Positions 35,963-50,185 of a DNA stretch of 62,405 nt are shown one piece after another. Source of the stretch: Polymyxa betae A26-41 (lineage: Eukaryota > Protista > Endomyxa: Phytomyxea). The notes beneath the pieces were generated by a model, which was not told the DNA's origin, searched no databases, and saw only the letters and a program-made list of their open reading frames with translations. Each line of letters opens with the position of its first letter. Positions within the stretch are counted from its first letter, which is position 1. The position numbers were made by a program, and so were the translations under genes. The stretch lies in NCBI GenBank assembly GCA_003693705.1, contig RBZT01000102.1, positions 1-62,405 of the forward strand, in the 5' to 3' direction.

Positions 35963-36214
35963 TTGCTGGAGAGGCGACGACAGTATAACCGCCAGTATAT
36001 GGCAAATCAACGGGAGCAAGAAAAGGTCGCAAGAGAGCAGTCGGAAGTCCCCATTATGGAGCTCACAGCTGAACGAAATAAATCGGTTTTCACCATTGAA
36101 GAGATGGCTGCCGCCCGCGACCAAGACAAGTCCGAGATTGCGCGTCTTAAGGAACGTCTCATAGAGCTGCAAACAGCACTATTGGGATGCCAAAACATAC
36201 ATGCAGCACTATAA
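35963..36214 (+). CDS. Small basic-region + coiled-coil (bZIP-like) ORF, start uncertain
   Basis: ERRRQYNRQYMANQREQEK followed by heptads IARLKERLIELQTAL. Confidence 0.35.
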   Translation: MLERRRQYNRQYMANQREQEKVAREQSEVPIMELTAERNKSVFTIEEMAAARDQDKSEIARLKERLIELQTALLGCQNIHAAL

Positions 36215-36464
36215 GAATGTCAAAGTAATGCTTCTACCCGCCAATTGCGACCAAAACCGCGAGCTAATCGCAACTAATTTCAGTTATTATAAACTAAAGA
36301 TCGAATCTCAACAAGCTATTTTGCCAATCCTAACATATACAATCCTGTAATATTTGATTATTTCGAATTGTAATATCTACGGTTTTCAAAAATAAATTCG
36401 TTTTTTCGGGTCAGAGGTCGTCAGGTCTTTGAACGGCTCACCTAAAATGTCAGGAATCGCTGTA

Positions 36465-37450
36465 CATTAGACCCTCGCATAATTGGTTCTCTCATAACCA
36501 ATTCTCTCGCATATGTGATAGCTTTTGGTTCTACCGAGCATTTTATATGAGCATAATGAATATTCTCTCATATCTGATAATTAATACATTTTTTCAAAAA
36601 AATCATTATGAGAGATTCGAAAAAATTGTATTTGTAAGTCCCAGGCTGTGCTGATTAGATCAATGGTATAAAAATGCATCCACTGTAGAATGCTTAAGCG
36701 TTTTCTGCTTTCGATGCTTCTCTTCTTGCTTAATGGCATCTAAAGCATGACGAACAAGATTTAGTTCGTCAAGGTATAACTCCGGATTGCCATTACACAA
36801 ATCGATACTGATATTCGAAGCTTTCACTTTCTCATCAAAAACGTAACAAACCTTAACGGCGTGCATTTTGATCTGGTTACTGATGAGGGGACTGCATGGA
36901 ATTGCGACAAACAGCATAGAAATCCTTTGTTAAGTCCGGACAATCAAAGAGCAATTTCGGCAGCAAAGCACAGATAGTCCAAAATATCAGAAAGAAATTC
37001 CCAATGACAAAGGCTGAGAATGCAGGTCTTCTAACCCGCAACCCTACCGGTAGCAGAACCCTCACTCTACAGCTCTTAACACGTGGCGCATAAGTTCTGA
37101 GACAATGAGAACGGAATCTGCGTTCGCAAACTAAATAACTGAGTGCGCTGAATCGTATGGGCATATGCACTTTTTAGAGGGAATAAATGATACTCTCTCA
37201 TAACTGATAGAATATCTTTCTCCCGACCATATTAAGTATGAGAGCGTCTACGGTATAATGAAAGATAGAGTTGTATGGATGGCTATTCGGAGCATTGCGC
37301 CACTTTCGGAGAAAAATACCGGTTTTATTATTGGTTTTTAAAGTGGAAAATGCAGTTTGCTTCCACAAATTCACATTAAGTGAATTGTACTCGGTTCGAT
37401 ACAACTTCTGTGGATAGGTCTTTCAAGTGTTGTGACATTTCCGGCAGACA
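36465..37450 (-). mobile_element. pogo/Tigger-like (Tc1/mariner) remnant, 3' end
   Basis: TA + CATTAGACCCTCGCATAA (Tigger-like TIR). Minus fragments NAPNSH and FPLKSAY, with C-terminal KHSTVDAF (PIP-box-like). Confidence 0.5.
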
Positions 37451-38124
37451 CTGAGACGACACACAGCTTTTAGGAAGTTGGCTGGCCGACTGAAGTCTCT
37501 CTGACTTTTGTCTTCGGGTTGCGCTCGACTCTGTTTAAGAAATGAAACTGCAGACTCAGACCCTTGTCTGGCATCCAGAAGCCTTCTCCATCGGGACGAT
37601 CAGTTAATATCTCAGGCAGCTTCTTCATGCATAGTCCGGGAAGAAAGCTGCAAATGAAACGGACAGCTGATTACGCTTCCGATTCCACCCCTTTTCAGTG
37701 GTCTTTCCTTATTTGTCGCGGGTTAGCTGCCCATCGCGAAGACCGGGTTCTGGGTCAAACCACGCTGTAAATTATTAATAAAATTCGTTATTCCGCGCAG
37801 TCAAAAATCTGGATAGAAATAAAGATATCCGTCAATTGGATCAAACTGCCGGTAGTCACCGAGAGTTTCGCCAAAAATGATGGTGGGCTGCGCTAAAACT
37901 GCGGAGGGGCCTCCATACAAATAAAACTGCCGGCGAAACTGAAAAAACCATCGAAACTGCAGGTGGCCAAATTCCACCGGTAGTTTAGCCACGGACTGCG
38001 TCAACCCTCGCCTCGATCCATCTCCTGGTGCTCTTCTACTGTTTTCTAGTTCCAGGTCAAGCAAAAATGGCAGAGTTGGATTTGTCTTACACCTGGAGAG
38101 CAGCTCCGACCGGGATCCCGTACC

Positions 38125-38814
38125 AGTTGCGAATGCGAAACCCAACATTGTCCGCCCTGTGATTGATGATGTTCGCATCAGAGCTCTGGTGTCTTCATAT
38201 CATTACCATTTCGCGACGAAGACGACACAGCTGGTTCCCAGCACTGTCTGGCAAGAAGTCCATTAGTTGTTCCATGTTTATTACATTTATCAATAAAATG
38301 TTACAGATGTATGGCCATTACAAACAATTATAACCAGACTGAGCTTTTAAAGAAACAAGCCTTAAAGATGCCGTTAGGAAAACTTTAAAGAGCTCAACAC
38401 CGGAACTTCTAATGATAAGGGAGTGAAAAGGCGTGTTTGCAGAAAGAGACTGTTATGCAGCAGCTAAAATTAACGGATGGCCATGCAAAAAGAAACATCT
38501 TGGCTGAGCGCCAGGCGATTGTGTCGTCAGCTGTAACCTCAGCCCCTTCGACGCCTCGTTCGAAACGACAAGATGAACCTTGCACAGATGTGGAAATACA
38601 GCACCCTAGTAAAGCGCAGGCGTTAGAGATGCAGGCGAAGTCGATCTCCGCCTTGAGCTATAATCTTGAGAAATCTTCCAAGCAAAAAACCGAATTGCTC
38701 GATCGCAAAGCAAAACGGGCTCGTCTTTCAGACCAAAAAGAAGCTAAGAGCCTTGGTCTCATAAGTCAGGAACATTTTGAGGCTGAGGCCCGCAAACTAA
38801 TGAATGTGGATTAG
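38125..38814 (+). pseudogene. Harbinger accessory protein remnant
   Basis: Convergent with the transposase. C-terminal coiled coil ending LGLISQEHFEAEARKL. Confidence 0.5.
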
Positions 38815-38849
38815 ATCACTTCTCATTTATACCGTCGATCTTCATTCGT

Positions 38850-40086
38850 CTTCAAACCAACCGATGTCGTTGTCGTCGTCATACATATCGCCAACATCTG
38901 CTTCCATACTCATTCGCCGCCGGTGTAAAAAGTTAGTTAGCACCGCGGAGGCTTTAAACAAATGTGGAAACTTCTGTTTGGTACAGTCAAACGTTTTCAA
39001 CATGCGTTTCCACTTTCGTTAAAGACCGCCGATTCCCCATTCGAACTTTAATGCGGTATCCTGCATGCATCTTGTAGGCGTCAATTGCACTCATGTTCGA
39101 GTCGTCTGGAATTTCACGGTTTCCAATTCGTCGCATAATGTACATTTCTTCACGCTTATAACCGGGATCACCAAGTACGTAGTCTTTTGCTTCGTCGTCA
39201 TGCCGGAAGTAAGCACGCCAATTGCGATGAAGCTCCGATTGTCCCAAAATATTGATGTCGTGAAATGATCCATGATAACCACAATCGATATATATGAACA
39301 GCCCGTTGTGATCGATTATAGCTGAGTTGTTGACGGAGTTTATTTTCTTACGGCCGTTAAACCATACTGTAGCCATGCCGTCGTTATGAGGTCTTTGAAT
39401 CTTGCACAGCGTCCCATCGATAAAACCGATGCAGCCTTGAAATTCTGGGATTTCTGCTCCTAAACGGTTGCGTTCAGCAGGATCTGCCCAACGAGTTTCG
39501 TCTTCACAGGCAAACCTAATACAGCTCGCTATGAAAACAGCGTCATCAGAGACACTGCTTTTCGCCCAGTTCCATGTAAAAGCTTCCATCATTGCAGTGT
39601 TGTCATCCTTGAGGTGAAGAATGGAGGCAAGTAGACGCTGATGAGTAGAAAGCTTCGAGGGACGCACGTGGATTCGGAGATTCTCTGTCTACCAAGCATG
39701 GGTAGCAATAACTGTCACGACACGTTGCCTAGGAGCTCGAATTCCTCGACGGTAAAATTCGTCAAAGTTCTAAACAACGACGGCGTTGTTTTCATGGTTG
39801 CTAAAACGTCGCGAACTCCAACGTTTTTAATTACCGACTGCTGGAAATCGTTAGCCAACTCATTTGCAGTGAAGAATCGAAATGACTGACCAGCAGCGGT
39901 AGCGGCAACAATAGTAGCGATAACTTGTTCTTCTTCATCATCGAAGAGCTCTTCATCGCTGCTAAAATCAGATAGAAAGTCATTGATGGACCAAGCCGTA
40001 ACTGATGTGGCGTCAGAGATCTCGGGGTCCAGATTATCATCCCCATCAGAGCTGTCAGAAGACGCGAAACCATCCAAACTGTCCAT
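38850..40086 (-). pseudogene. Harbinger DDE transposase
   Basis: FQGCIGFIDGTL; FNGRKK; GYHGSFHDINIL; LGDPGY; HAGYRIKVEWGIGGL; LTNFLHRRR. Confidence 0.9.
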
Positions 40087-42812
40087 CGAAGATCACGCGA
40101 AGTCACCCCTCTCAAAACTGAGGCGAGTTTTCAGGAAATCAGGCTAGATAGCGGATACCATTTGAAAACTGCGGGTGAACCAACATTCGCAGAAAACTCA
40201 CTGTGAAACTGAGGTTGACTTTAAGGATTTCTTTAATATGATCTGGCAGTTCTGATTATTAATCAATGTTTGATGCTGGCTGGAAGCTTTCAGAGCTTCG
40301 AGAAGTTCAACCTGTCGACGCTGAGAGTCAGATAAATCCTGTATCAGTTGCGTTTCCACATTTCGTAGACGTGATCTGACTATTCTCAATACCTAAAAGC
40401 CGGATTTCTTAGAGCTGGACATGTTCACGGACTGCGGATTGGCGCAAAAGATGAAGCAATTTTGTTCCGGACGCCGCAGATTTGAATACCGCATTGCGCC
40501 AGTTTGTTCTCTGATGCGATTTCCGCTTGACTTGTCACCGCTCTTGGAAGAATCGCGAAAGAGGTTGACCGTTACAAGCTTTGTCGGCCAACATGTACAT
40601 GCATGAGGTAATTTCTTGCTTGTATATACCGTTTGATCGATTGCATGCAGCTGATAAACAAACAGAGATAAGTCTGACCCTTCGTAAAGTTAGATATTCG
40701 TTAAAACGATTGGCAAACCATCAACAATACCATGACTTTATTTCTTGAATCATGCTAGTACGTCCTTTGAACCTGAAGAGTGATGTGGGTATATTTCAAT
40801 TTCCTTATAACCTAGCATTGTACGTAAGGAACAAGATTCCATGTATTTCGAAACTATTACTGGTCTTTGCGCTTGAAAAACCATGTTTTAAATAATCAAT
40901 GTCGTACGAAACTTCAATTGATCTTCCACTCACAAACATCATTCACAGCTCTCCCCATTGTTGTTCACTGTTTTTTGATTGAAAATTGCGCTTCAGTGTT
41001 TGAGCATAGAGATACATATGAAATTAATCAGTTAAAGTTTGGATCTACGATGCCGATAATCTAAAGCGAGGTTATTTCAAGCTCAAGCAAATGCATGCTC
41101 AAACCTCGAGCGCAATCTTCAAACTAATATCAATGTACACTAATGGGGTCAGCTGTGAAAAATGACTGTGATCGAGTGGGACATCAATTGAGTTTTCAAA
41201 GGGCAACCTTGTTGGTATATGTGGCAAACGCATCACTCGTTTCACGTCGTTCTGGTACCGCTGTCAGCACCAAGCTGTTATCGTCGTCGTTTACGGTCAT
41301 GCCCATCGGCTGTTCTTTTTCCAAAGCTAGGTAGCAATTTAAGCAATATGACGATCAACTCTCCGTTCATCTCAGAAACGCCACCGAGGTTGGAGGTAGG
41401 CGGATCCTCCAACACTCTAGTTGTTATATATATATATATAAATTTGTATGAATATTTGAAGGCCTTCACGACTTCCCCCATCTCCGTCTTCGAGATCGGT
41501 AACGTCAGCTGAGAATAGGCCTAGAACTGCTTCTAGCGAGCCAGAAAGCCCACCGTTGACAAAGGCTCGCTGTCGTGTGATATTCATAGAGGAATTGAAA
41601 CGGTTCAAGGCCGATATGAGAGAGATTATGACGTACATGGTCGATCAGAAAATTATTGTAAGCACCATTTCACGGTTCACCGATTGGTTTTTGTCTAATT
41701 TTCACCTCGGCGCTCCTTTATCGATTTTCTCGACAAAAACGGTAAGGGATCATGGCGTAAGATATCGAACTATGTAATCCCAGGTTGTTTGGGAACCATC
41801 TCCATGTCTTGTAGCTAACAAAGTTGTTTTAACTGCCAAACACTTTTATCTTCATCATTTTACCGGGGCCCAGTGGTAAAGATAACGGGATTCTTTAGGA
41901 TTTGCAGAATATTAGATCTCACGATGTCCTCGATATCTTCAGACGGGATTGGACATTTGGATCATATCATGGCTATTGAAGAAAGCGTCAAACCACATTT
42001 TGTAAGAATCTGTTTAATCGTGCTTACAATAATCTAGCTGAACTCTGCAAACTTAGATGAAGTTCAGAGTGATTTTAATATCCTGATTAAAAAGTGGGAT
42101 CCTTTGATCCAAAAATATATGTCAACTTTATAAACCACAACCTTTGGCCCAGAAGGTCCAATAGCAATTGCACAAGGCGCGATCAAGACGTCTGTACAAT
42201 CCATACAAGCTCGGTAATTATAGTTCTCAACAAAACTATGATATTGTTGCATTTTAACGGAAACCATTGCCGCAGACTCTCAGAAGATGTCATCGATTGC
42301 GCTGAAATCGACAAAGGAAAGGTATGGCCTATGAAGCATCGAACTTAAAGTATAATCACAAGAACTGCGCAGGCCTGCTTTTGCATGACTCTAGCATGCC
42401 TATGGCCCCACAAAATTGGCAGGTTCCGGAACGCAGTTTTTTGTTGATCTGTTAGCAAAAAAACGCATTTTAATTGAAGAATTACGCAGACTCCGGCAAG
42501 CACAGATTTGCATGTCAGTCTGCAGCACAATGCAGTATAGAAGCAGGAATTGTATGTCCACTATTGCAGGAATTTTCAGGTAACACAAATGCAGAATTTG
42601 TGGGTTATTAAAATCTGGTCATTTTTTCCTTATATATACTAAGAGCATGTGCACCGCGCGCAATTATCTTTATCATCACCATTAAACTTAATGATAAAAA
42701 TAATGATTTCATCGTTCACCGGGCACAATCAAACATCTTCCAATACATTAAATTTTAATGAATCATTAAACTGCGTATCAGATCAGATTGTCGTTTATTG
42801 TTCGCAATTGTC

Positions 42813-43716
42813 AATGGATCTCAATGACGTTGCAGAGACTGGTGGTCGTAGAAAGGGCAAGTTGCCCGGAGTGAAGAACTTCTCTCTTAAAGAGGACTTG
42901 GGGGTGACAAAAGCCTAAAAAATACTGCTTCGGACGCTGCTGTCGGTACAGATCAGGATACTGATGGGTATTATGGCAAAATCAAGCAAGAATTTGATTT
43001 TATCATTGGAGACGATAAAGTACATGAGCGAAAGGCTGCAGCAAGGAAGACACGCTGGGTAAACGCAATACAGAAAGCCTTTCTGAAGTTCACAGCATGC
43101 ATGAACAAAGCGATCTCAGAATACCACTCCGGATTGTCACTAGAAGATTACATGGTGTTGGCGAAACAGTACTACCAGACGGATGTGAAGCGACATTTTT
43201 TCCCACGATGTTTGCTGGACGATAGTGAAGCAGATGCCGAAGTTCTGCATCAATATTGAGGGAATCAGTCGTGAAATGAAACTGGCCTTTCAGCTGGAGG
43301 ACGACCACGATTTTGATGAGGCGAACGCACAGACCTCTGAATTAAAAGAAGTTCAGCCTGGTTCGGAAGCTTCCAACAGAACTCTTCGAATGACACCTCG
43401 GACAAAACTTGGCAAAAAGGCCGCTAAGAAGCTTAAATTCGAGTCAGACCGCGATACCAACGATACAAAGGAACAGCTTTATCAGCAAATAGCCGAGAGC
43501 AGTGAGCGTCGAGCACAATTACAGCAGGATAAACTGACACTGTCTTTGCTCTCCATGAACCCTTATTCTGCAGAAGCTAAAGAATTTCTCAAAATGAAGC
43601 AAGAGGAGGCTCTGATTGATGCTCGCATCAGATTAACGGACACGAAGAAGTTAGCTGTATTAGGTCATGACGATTCTGCTATTTCTAAGGAGTCTGATCC
43701 TATCAGCGAAATCTAG
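42813..43716 (+). pseudogene. Pong-type Myb/NAM-associated accessory protein
   Basis: NFSLKED...SDAAVGTDQ...YYGKIKQEF...RW..IQK..LKF.AC...SGLSLEDY..LAKQYY...PKF; GKKAAK. Confidence 0.8.
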
Positions 43717-43759
43717 GCCTGGTCTTGGGCAGAATTACCCAATACATTCCAGAGATGTT

Positions 43760-44540
43760 TTCAGTTTGAAATGCAAATTTGAATTTTGAATCTTTGATAG
43801 ATTGATCCACTTCTCAAGATCAGAAAGCTGGCGATTATTGCTGTTGTCAACTACAAACGTTTGTGGCGAATAAAAGACGAATCAAGTCCATTGAAGGATC
43901 AAACACGTTTTCATAACCTGGCGCATTGCATCGCGCGACCAAAGCTTACATGGAATAGTCAAGATGTGGAATCGTCCTTGCAAGATTCTGAAAGCTCGTT
44001 CTATATCCTTTCATCTGCTTTCTTGTTGTTTTGCAAACAATTTCTCTTTTCGTGTCATTGGATTCGACACTGACTTGACGAAACAATGATGATTCGAGTG
44101 TATGATTGAGTATTCATTACCGTTCACATTGTACATTACTGTGGCAGCTCTGCCGTTAATCGCGTCGTTGAGAAGGTGAGAGCGATCTAAAATATTGATA
44201 TCGTTCAGGGAGCCTGGCAATCCGAAAAAGAAATGCCAAAACCGACATCGGCTGTCATCGATAGCCTCCAACTTTACGGTTGGGTAGCCATCCTTGCCAG
44301 TGAGCATCCCAGCCCATTCAGCGCGACAGTTTTTCCAAGCCCAATTGGTACAATCTATAGAAGATTCAAATCTTTCATGTTTGGTTGGAGAGAGCATGAT
44401 CCGGATTGCAATATCACTGATGAACTTGTTGAGGAATTCGGTTTAACCGACGGTAATGGTAAGCCCAGAGAAAGAAATGCGATGATGAGATTGTTTCGGG
44501 AACAGATCAAGAAGCATAAGTATGGACTCTCAGCCTTTGA
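43760..44540 (-). pseudogene. Pong-type (Plant_tran) transposase, truncated
   Basis: SIDCTNWAWKNC...W.G...GKDG.PTV.LEA...FWHFFFGLPGSLNDINILDRS; KLFAKQQES.RKDIERAF.ILQ.RF. Confidence 0.9.
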
Positions 44541-45361
44541 TTTGTAACGGCAGCTTTAGTACCTGTCCACAGCATGGCGAAGAACACACTCAATCGGGAC
44601 GCCGAAATTCTGTTAAGCGAGATTGAGAAGCACCTCCCTGACTCCAAACCTACGATCGAGATTGTTCGCTCCGGTTCGTAACGTAACGACCACAGACAGT
44701 TTTAGACCTTGACCAACATCAGAGTTGAGCAAAACGTTGGACAATATACAGAGTAAGGCCAACTATAAACAAAAAACTGCCAAAAAAGTGGAAGCCAATG
44801 GCAAGAACGCCAACGAAGAGGCCATGTTCTGCGACGACAGCCCTGGTTTGTTGCTGCATTCAGTGTACCATGAGTTCCATCAGCATGGAGTCTCTTCAAA
44901 TGTATTATTTGGTCCAGAATTAGTAACAGGAGTCAAGCTCCGTTCCCAAGTAGTAAATCACCTAAAAAGCATTTAACTGAGAGCCAAAAACAGAAAATAT
45001 GAAACTTTCAATTCAATAAAATAAGAACAACAAATTCTAAAGCAATATTGCTAGATGTGTACCTTGCGAGCGCCTGGTCTGCTCGTCATCATTATTATGG
45101 ATTCGCCGTCAACACTTATGCCCAAAAGAACGAGAAATGTCATGCAGATGAACTGTTGGTGCATCACCAATAAATGTGAAGGCAGGCTTCCCGACCCGAG
45201 AACGTTCTAGCGACATCATGAACAAGATGTGGAAAATGCCAATTCTTCAGCTATAGAAAGCTCCTCTTCAATCTTTATGTTCACTTTCCAGTAGATATGG
45301 TTATTTGACTTGCGTAATCAGGCTATAGTATTGGACAAGATAGTGACAACAGCCATGGTAA

Positions 45362-47351
45362 GTGTCAATTTGTAATTCACAAGTAATGAGATACACATGT
45401 ACAGCTAATAATGGGATGGAACCTCATAATGAGTATGATCACAATGAATCTGTGGACATTCTTGATGAGATCGCTCTGTGCGATGAATTAATCGAATCCG
45501 ATGGATGTTTTGAAGAAGAAGAATTTTCAATATCTTCCGATTGTGGCAGCTGCGACCAACAAACTGAATTTGACATAAGCGAATCCAACGGAGGCAAAAC
45601 CATGGAAAACAAGGAGCGCAAGTATAATTTCGATGAGCGGATTCGGAAGAGCATGGAGAATGCTGCTTCGATGCTTGAGGCAATTCCAATAATCCATCAA
45701 AACCAGATGCGCGAGCTAGGGATAGAAAGCTTAAGCCATTTGGAAGCAATTCAAATCAAAATGATGCAGTTCGCCGATTGCCGCATGCGATCAGGTTTCA
45801 ATGGTAAGAGCTTTGAAGAATTAATGGGAATTTACTTGTCAAAGGTGTCTTCAAGTCCTGATCCGGAAAGTGGCAGTCGCATTCCATTGTATAAAACGTT
45901 CCCAAAAACTTGGAAACAGGCCCAAAAGTCGGTTTTACGAGATATATTCCTTTCTCTGCAGCCACTACAATTAGAATCCTGCCCAAAGGGTCATAGCATT
46001 TTGGTCTAGATTTAGAGACAGCAGACAAATACCCAGTCTGTTTCTGCCCAAGAAAAGATTCACGTCGTTTTCTATATTGGCCAATCTCCTACGATTTACT
46101 GGTTAATGAAAGCTGTCCTGTCTACTCTTAGCTCGTTGATATTGATAATGTGAGACTTTCCTTCCCTTCTTTATCGAAGCTCTTTTGGGAAGGCTTTCAA
46201 GAAATCGACATGCTCGTGCTCCAGTATACCTCCTCTCGAGAGAAAGAAGAAGTCATGTCAGACTGGTTACATGGCGATCTGTTTTATGATGTTTATACCC
46301 TATTTCACTTGAACAAGATGCAGGAGGCAGCAGAACAGCTCCCAGAAGGTAAGGAGCAGGCTGTTGGTTTGTTGCTCAATCTAGTTCGCGTTGAAGAGAA
46401 TAGCACTATTATCATTGCATTGTCGCATTGGTACGATGGCGCCCAGGTCCATGATTCATCGACAGTATCGGTGTGGCCCAACATGTTTTCGTATCTTACT
46501 TTACCAGCTGAAATCCGTTGCAAACCTTCAGCAGTTGCATTAACATCGTCATCTTATTTCTCCAGTCAGGCTTTTTTCCAGCTCATTGCTCATGAGCTAA
46601 ACATAATAAACCGGTCAGGTCTAAGGATATTCGACGCAAGTTCCAGAAAACAAACTAATGTACAAAACCCTTCCTAAGCAATATGACTCTTGCCTAATTT
46701 CAGTTCTAGGTTAAAACAATATTAATCAGCAGTATGGCTGATTTACCAGCGTTTGCGAAAGCAGCCAAGAAGGCAGGAGCTTCCTGCCTTATGGGTTCCT
46801 GTATATGCCCGTTACCTGGTGTCCGATGTTTTGGAAGGACCTGCAGGCCTGGATCGTATAAATTTCTGCCCCTAAGAAACATTTTGAGAAACACAATTGC
46901 ATTACCTCTTTTGAAAGATCATTAGAAATTCAATTGCTCCACGATTGTATTCGAAGCAAGATATTGAGGTAACAGGTGAGAGATCGAAACTCTTACAGTA
47001 CTGCACCGCTTAATGCTTGGACTTACAGGCAATGTTTCTGAAGAGTATGGGAGCACTAAATTTCAAGAATGGGCGAGATAATATCGTAAAACAAGTTTAG
47101 GCGAGGCCATCGCAATGCCCAAGCTCTATGATAGATCGAATGATCCCAAACTTCCTTACAAAACTTCTGGCCACTATGGAATCGACGAGCTGACAAAGAC
47201 GCTAGACTCTGGATGGGATGCTTCTCGTCAATTCAAAATCCGACAATATGCATCACTTTGGGGTAACGTTCCTAGTCTTCATCTTACTCCTGACACCAAT
47301 CTGAAAGCTATAGAATGCAGTCAAAAGGCTGATCTAAGCACTGGATTGTGA
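45362..47351 (+). pseudogene. CACTA (Transposase_21-like) transposase
   Basis: ESCPKGH; DWLHG; WYDGAQVH...SVWP....TLPAEIR; HEL....GLRIFDAS; ADLPAFAK...G....C.C. Confidence 0.75.
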
Positions 47352-47609
47352 AAACGGTGGATCTGGATTAATGTTTGATTTCGAGGCGAGAAACTCGGAT
47401 AGACGCTCTATCTTCATATACATAAAATAATCTAACAATTGATGACTTAGAATATGTGTTTACATTATCCTTAGAAGAATGCGATCAAATAAAGCATGAT
47501 TTACTTTTTAGATCTTCCAAATAGTTACATAGTCAGCTGCGTTTAGATCGTCGGTTTTGGACTTCTAAACATCGTTAATACACCAAGTGACAAAAAATGT
47601 GGCCTTCAT

Positions 47610-48990
47610 CGACAGCATCATCAACAACAGCATGTTGATCATCAACACCATACCTCATCATCAATCACCCTCATGATCATCAAGAATAAATTTATCTCAT
47701 CATTCTCAGCCCTAGCAACATCTCACCGCCATCATCAACATCCTCACATCAACAACATCATCATATCACCATCATCAACAGCATCTTTTCATTTCGTTAC
47801 ATCATCTTCATCACTCCATATATAAGAAGAATGAATAAGAGAGACAGCAAGAATGAGGTAACGTCAATTAACATCCATCATCGCCGTCATAATCATCATC
47901 TTCATCATCATATCCATCACCATCTTTTTCATCATCCTTCTCATCATCTTCATCCATCCTCATCACCATTATTATTACCAACAAGATCACCATCACTATC
48001 ATCATCATTGTCAGCAGCAACATCGCCTTGGCTTCAACATCATCAACATCAGAGACATAACATCACCATCACTATCAACAACAACAGCATCATCTTTATC
48101 ATTCCTAACCATAGTAAGAAATAATATAATAAAAATAGACAAAAATTGTGATAAATACATTAACAGCAATCAGCATCAACAGCATCATCGAATCATCATC
48201 ATTAACATCGTCTTTATCAAAACTAACCATATTCAAAAAAATAAAGATACAAAATAAGTGCTAGCTACCCCAGCAGCAATCACCATCTTCATCACCATCT
48301 TCATCACCATCATCACTACCATCAGCAGCAGCAGCAGCAGCGTCGCCTCATCTTCAACATCATCATCATCAACTACAACAGCATCATATCATCACCATCA
48401 TTATCATCAACAACAACATCATCTCATCATCATTAACATCATCTTTATCACAACTAACCATTATGAGAAATGATAAAGATTGAAAAAAATGTGATAAATA
48501 CCCTAACAGCAATCAGCATCAACATCATCTCATCATCATCAACATCATATTTATCACTACTAGCCATACTAAGAAATTCAATAAATAGTAACGATACTAG
48601 AAATATGATAAATACCCTAGCAGCAATCACCATTTTCATCACCATCACTATCATCATCAGCAGCAGCAGCAACGTCGCCTCATCTTCAACATCATCAGCA
48701 TCAAAAAGAACATCATATCATCACCCTTATCAACAGCAACAACAACATTTCATCATCATTTATATCACAGCTAACCATACTAAGAAAAAATAAAAAACAA
48801 AAAATGTGATAAATACCCTAGCAGCAATCATCATCTTCATCACCGTCACCAGCAGCATCATCGGCATCCTCAGTCCATCGCGTGATCATTATAACGCATC
48901 GACATGATCTTGGTCTCTGTTATCAGCATCGCCGGTACCATCATCGCTCTCTTCCAATGTGACATCATCATTGATGCCTTATCAGCATTG
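47610..48990. repeat. (CAT/CAA/CAC/CAG)-rich compound minisatellite
   Basis: Anchor GTGATAAATAC..TA.CAGCAATCA recurs at ~48147, 48258, 48491, 48605 and 48807, with higher-order period ~320-345 bp. Confidence 0.9.
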
Positions 48991-50185
48991 CCAAATTGCG
49001 AGGAGTCTGGGACAAAACCCAAAACCGGCAGGGATGCGATTCGTCACACAGTGTTCTGTTTGGTGGTGTCGGTATGATAGAGCGGCTAGAAAGAACGAAT
49101 CGGATTGATTTTTTCCAAATGCAATTCTGACAAAATATTCTTTCCAGATTGTAGTTTATTGAGAGGATGATATGATAGAGAATCCAAAGAACTGATCAAC
49201 AATAGTAAGCGAATACATAATGTGGAACAGTTCAACAATAAAACCAATGGTTCTTAAAAACAAGAAAACAAACTGCAAAATGAACTTCTCAAAATCTAAG
49301 ATGCTCAGGATTTTGCATTCTGAAAAATAGAGAAGGCATATATCGGCATAATCGCATACGAGAATCTGCGCAGCCCCTGCGGGAAAAGCATGAAAGTGCA
49401 GATGCGATGTTAAATGCGCTGAAATTGGCCGAACTTGGCAGGAATGGGGATGTAACGGCAGTTAGAAAAAGACATTGCTCCGTCCGGTGAATGGATTGTG
49501 TAAAAATCTGATCTATTGTTTTTAGCGACGCCGAAGACGCGATCATCAAGTTTTTCAACGGAAGCCAGGTCGTGTCGACAGTGATGTTCGTTATGCGATG
49601 ATCTTCTACTGCTGGAAGCTCCTTAGGCTTTTGGGGATTTAAGCTCCAATGGCTTAATGATTTGCGAAGTTATAAACGAGATCAGGACCTCAACAGGGAC
49701 TACTATGACCTCACAGGATCTGAACAATCACCATAAGAACGACATTACAGAAAACGACCGACAGCGACAAGAGTTTCTCTCTGGTTGGGACGTTGTTGAC
49801 GTTGTTTCGTCCCAGCGATCGGACGCGTTATGAACTAAGGAATACACACTTGATCTTACATCTAGATGTGTGGATGTGTTAGGCAAGAAATTGTGAATAT
49901 GTTGGAATTTGAATGGTACCAGATTTCAAGCCAATTGGCAGCATCATTAAGGCTCTGTTCTCGACAAGAGGGATAGTGATGACGGTTGCAATCCCTCTTG
50001 ATATTGCAGGCTGTGCTTTGACATACATGATCCATTACTGCAATACTGGTGATTGAGTCCATGCTCTACCAATCGTGCGCCTATTGTTTGTCGAGCTTGT
50101 ACCCCCGCCTTCGCCAAGCCTTCTGATTAACTTTTTGAAACCATTTCACACCAACTAAGACTTGAACAAATGTCAGTTCCTTTCA

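Larger units (their letters stand above)
44568..49053 (+). mobile_element. CACTA/EnSpm-like element (boundaries tentative)
   Basis: Imperfect CAC termini CACAGCATGGCGAA / revcomp CACTGTGTGACGAA (10/14) with flanks GTC/TTC. Contains a Transposase_21-like gene and a tandem array. Confidence 0.5.

Noticed and set aside
47831-48793. His/Ser/Ile-rich ORFs
   Set aside because: By-products of the CAN-triplet minisatellite.
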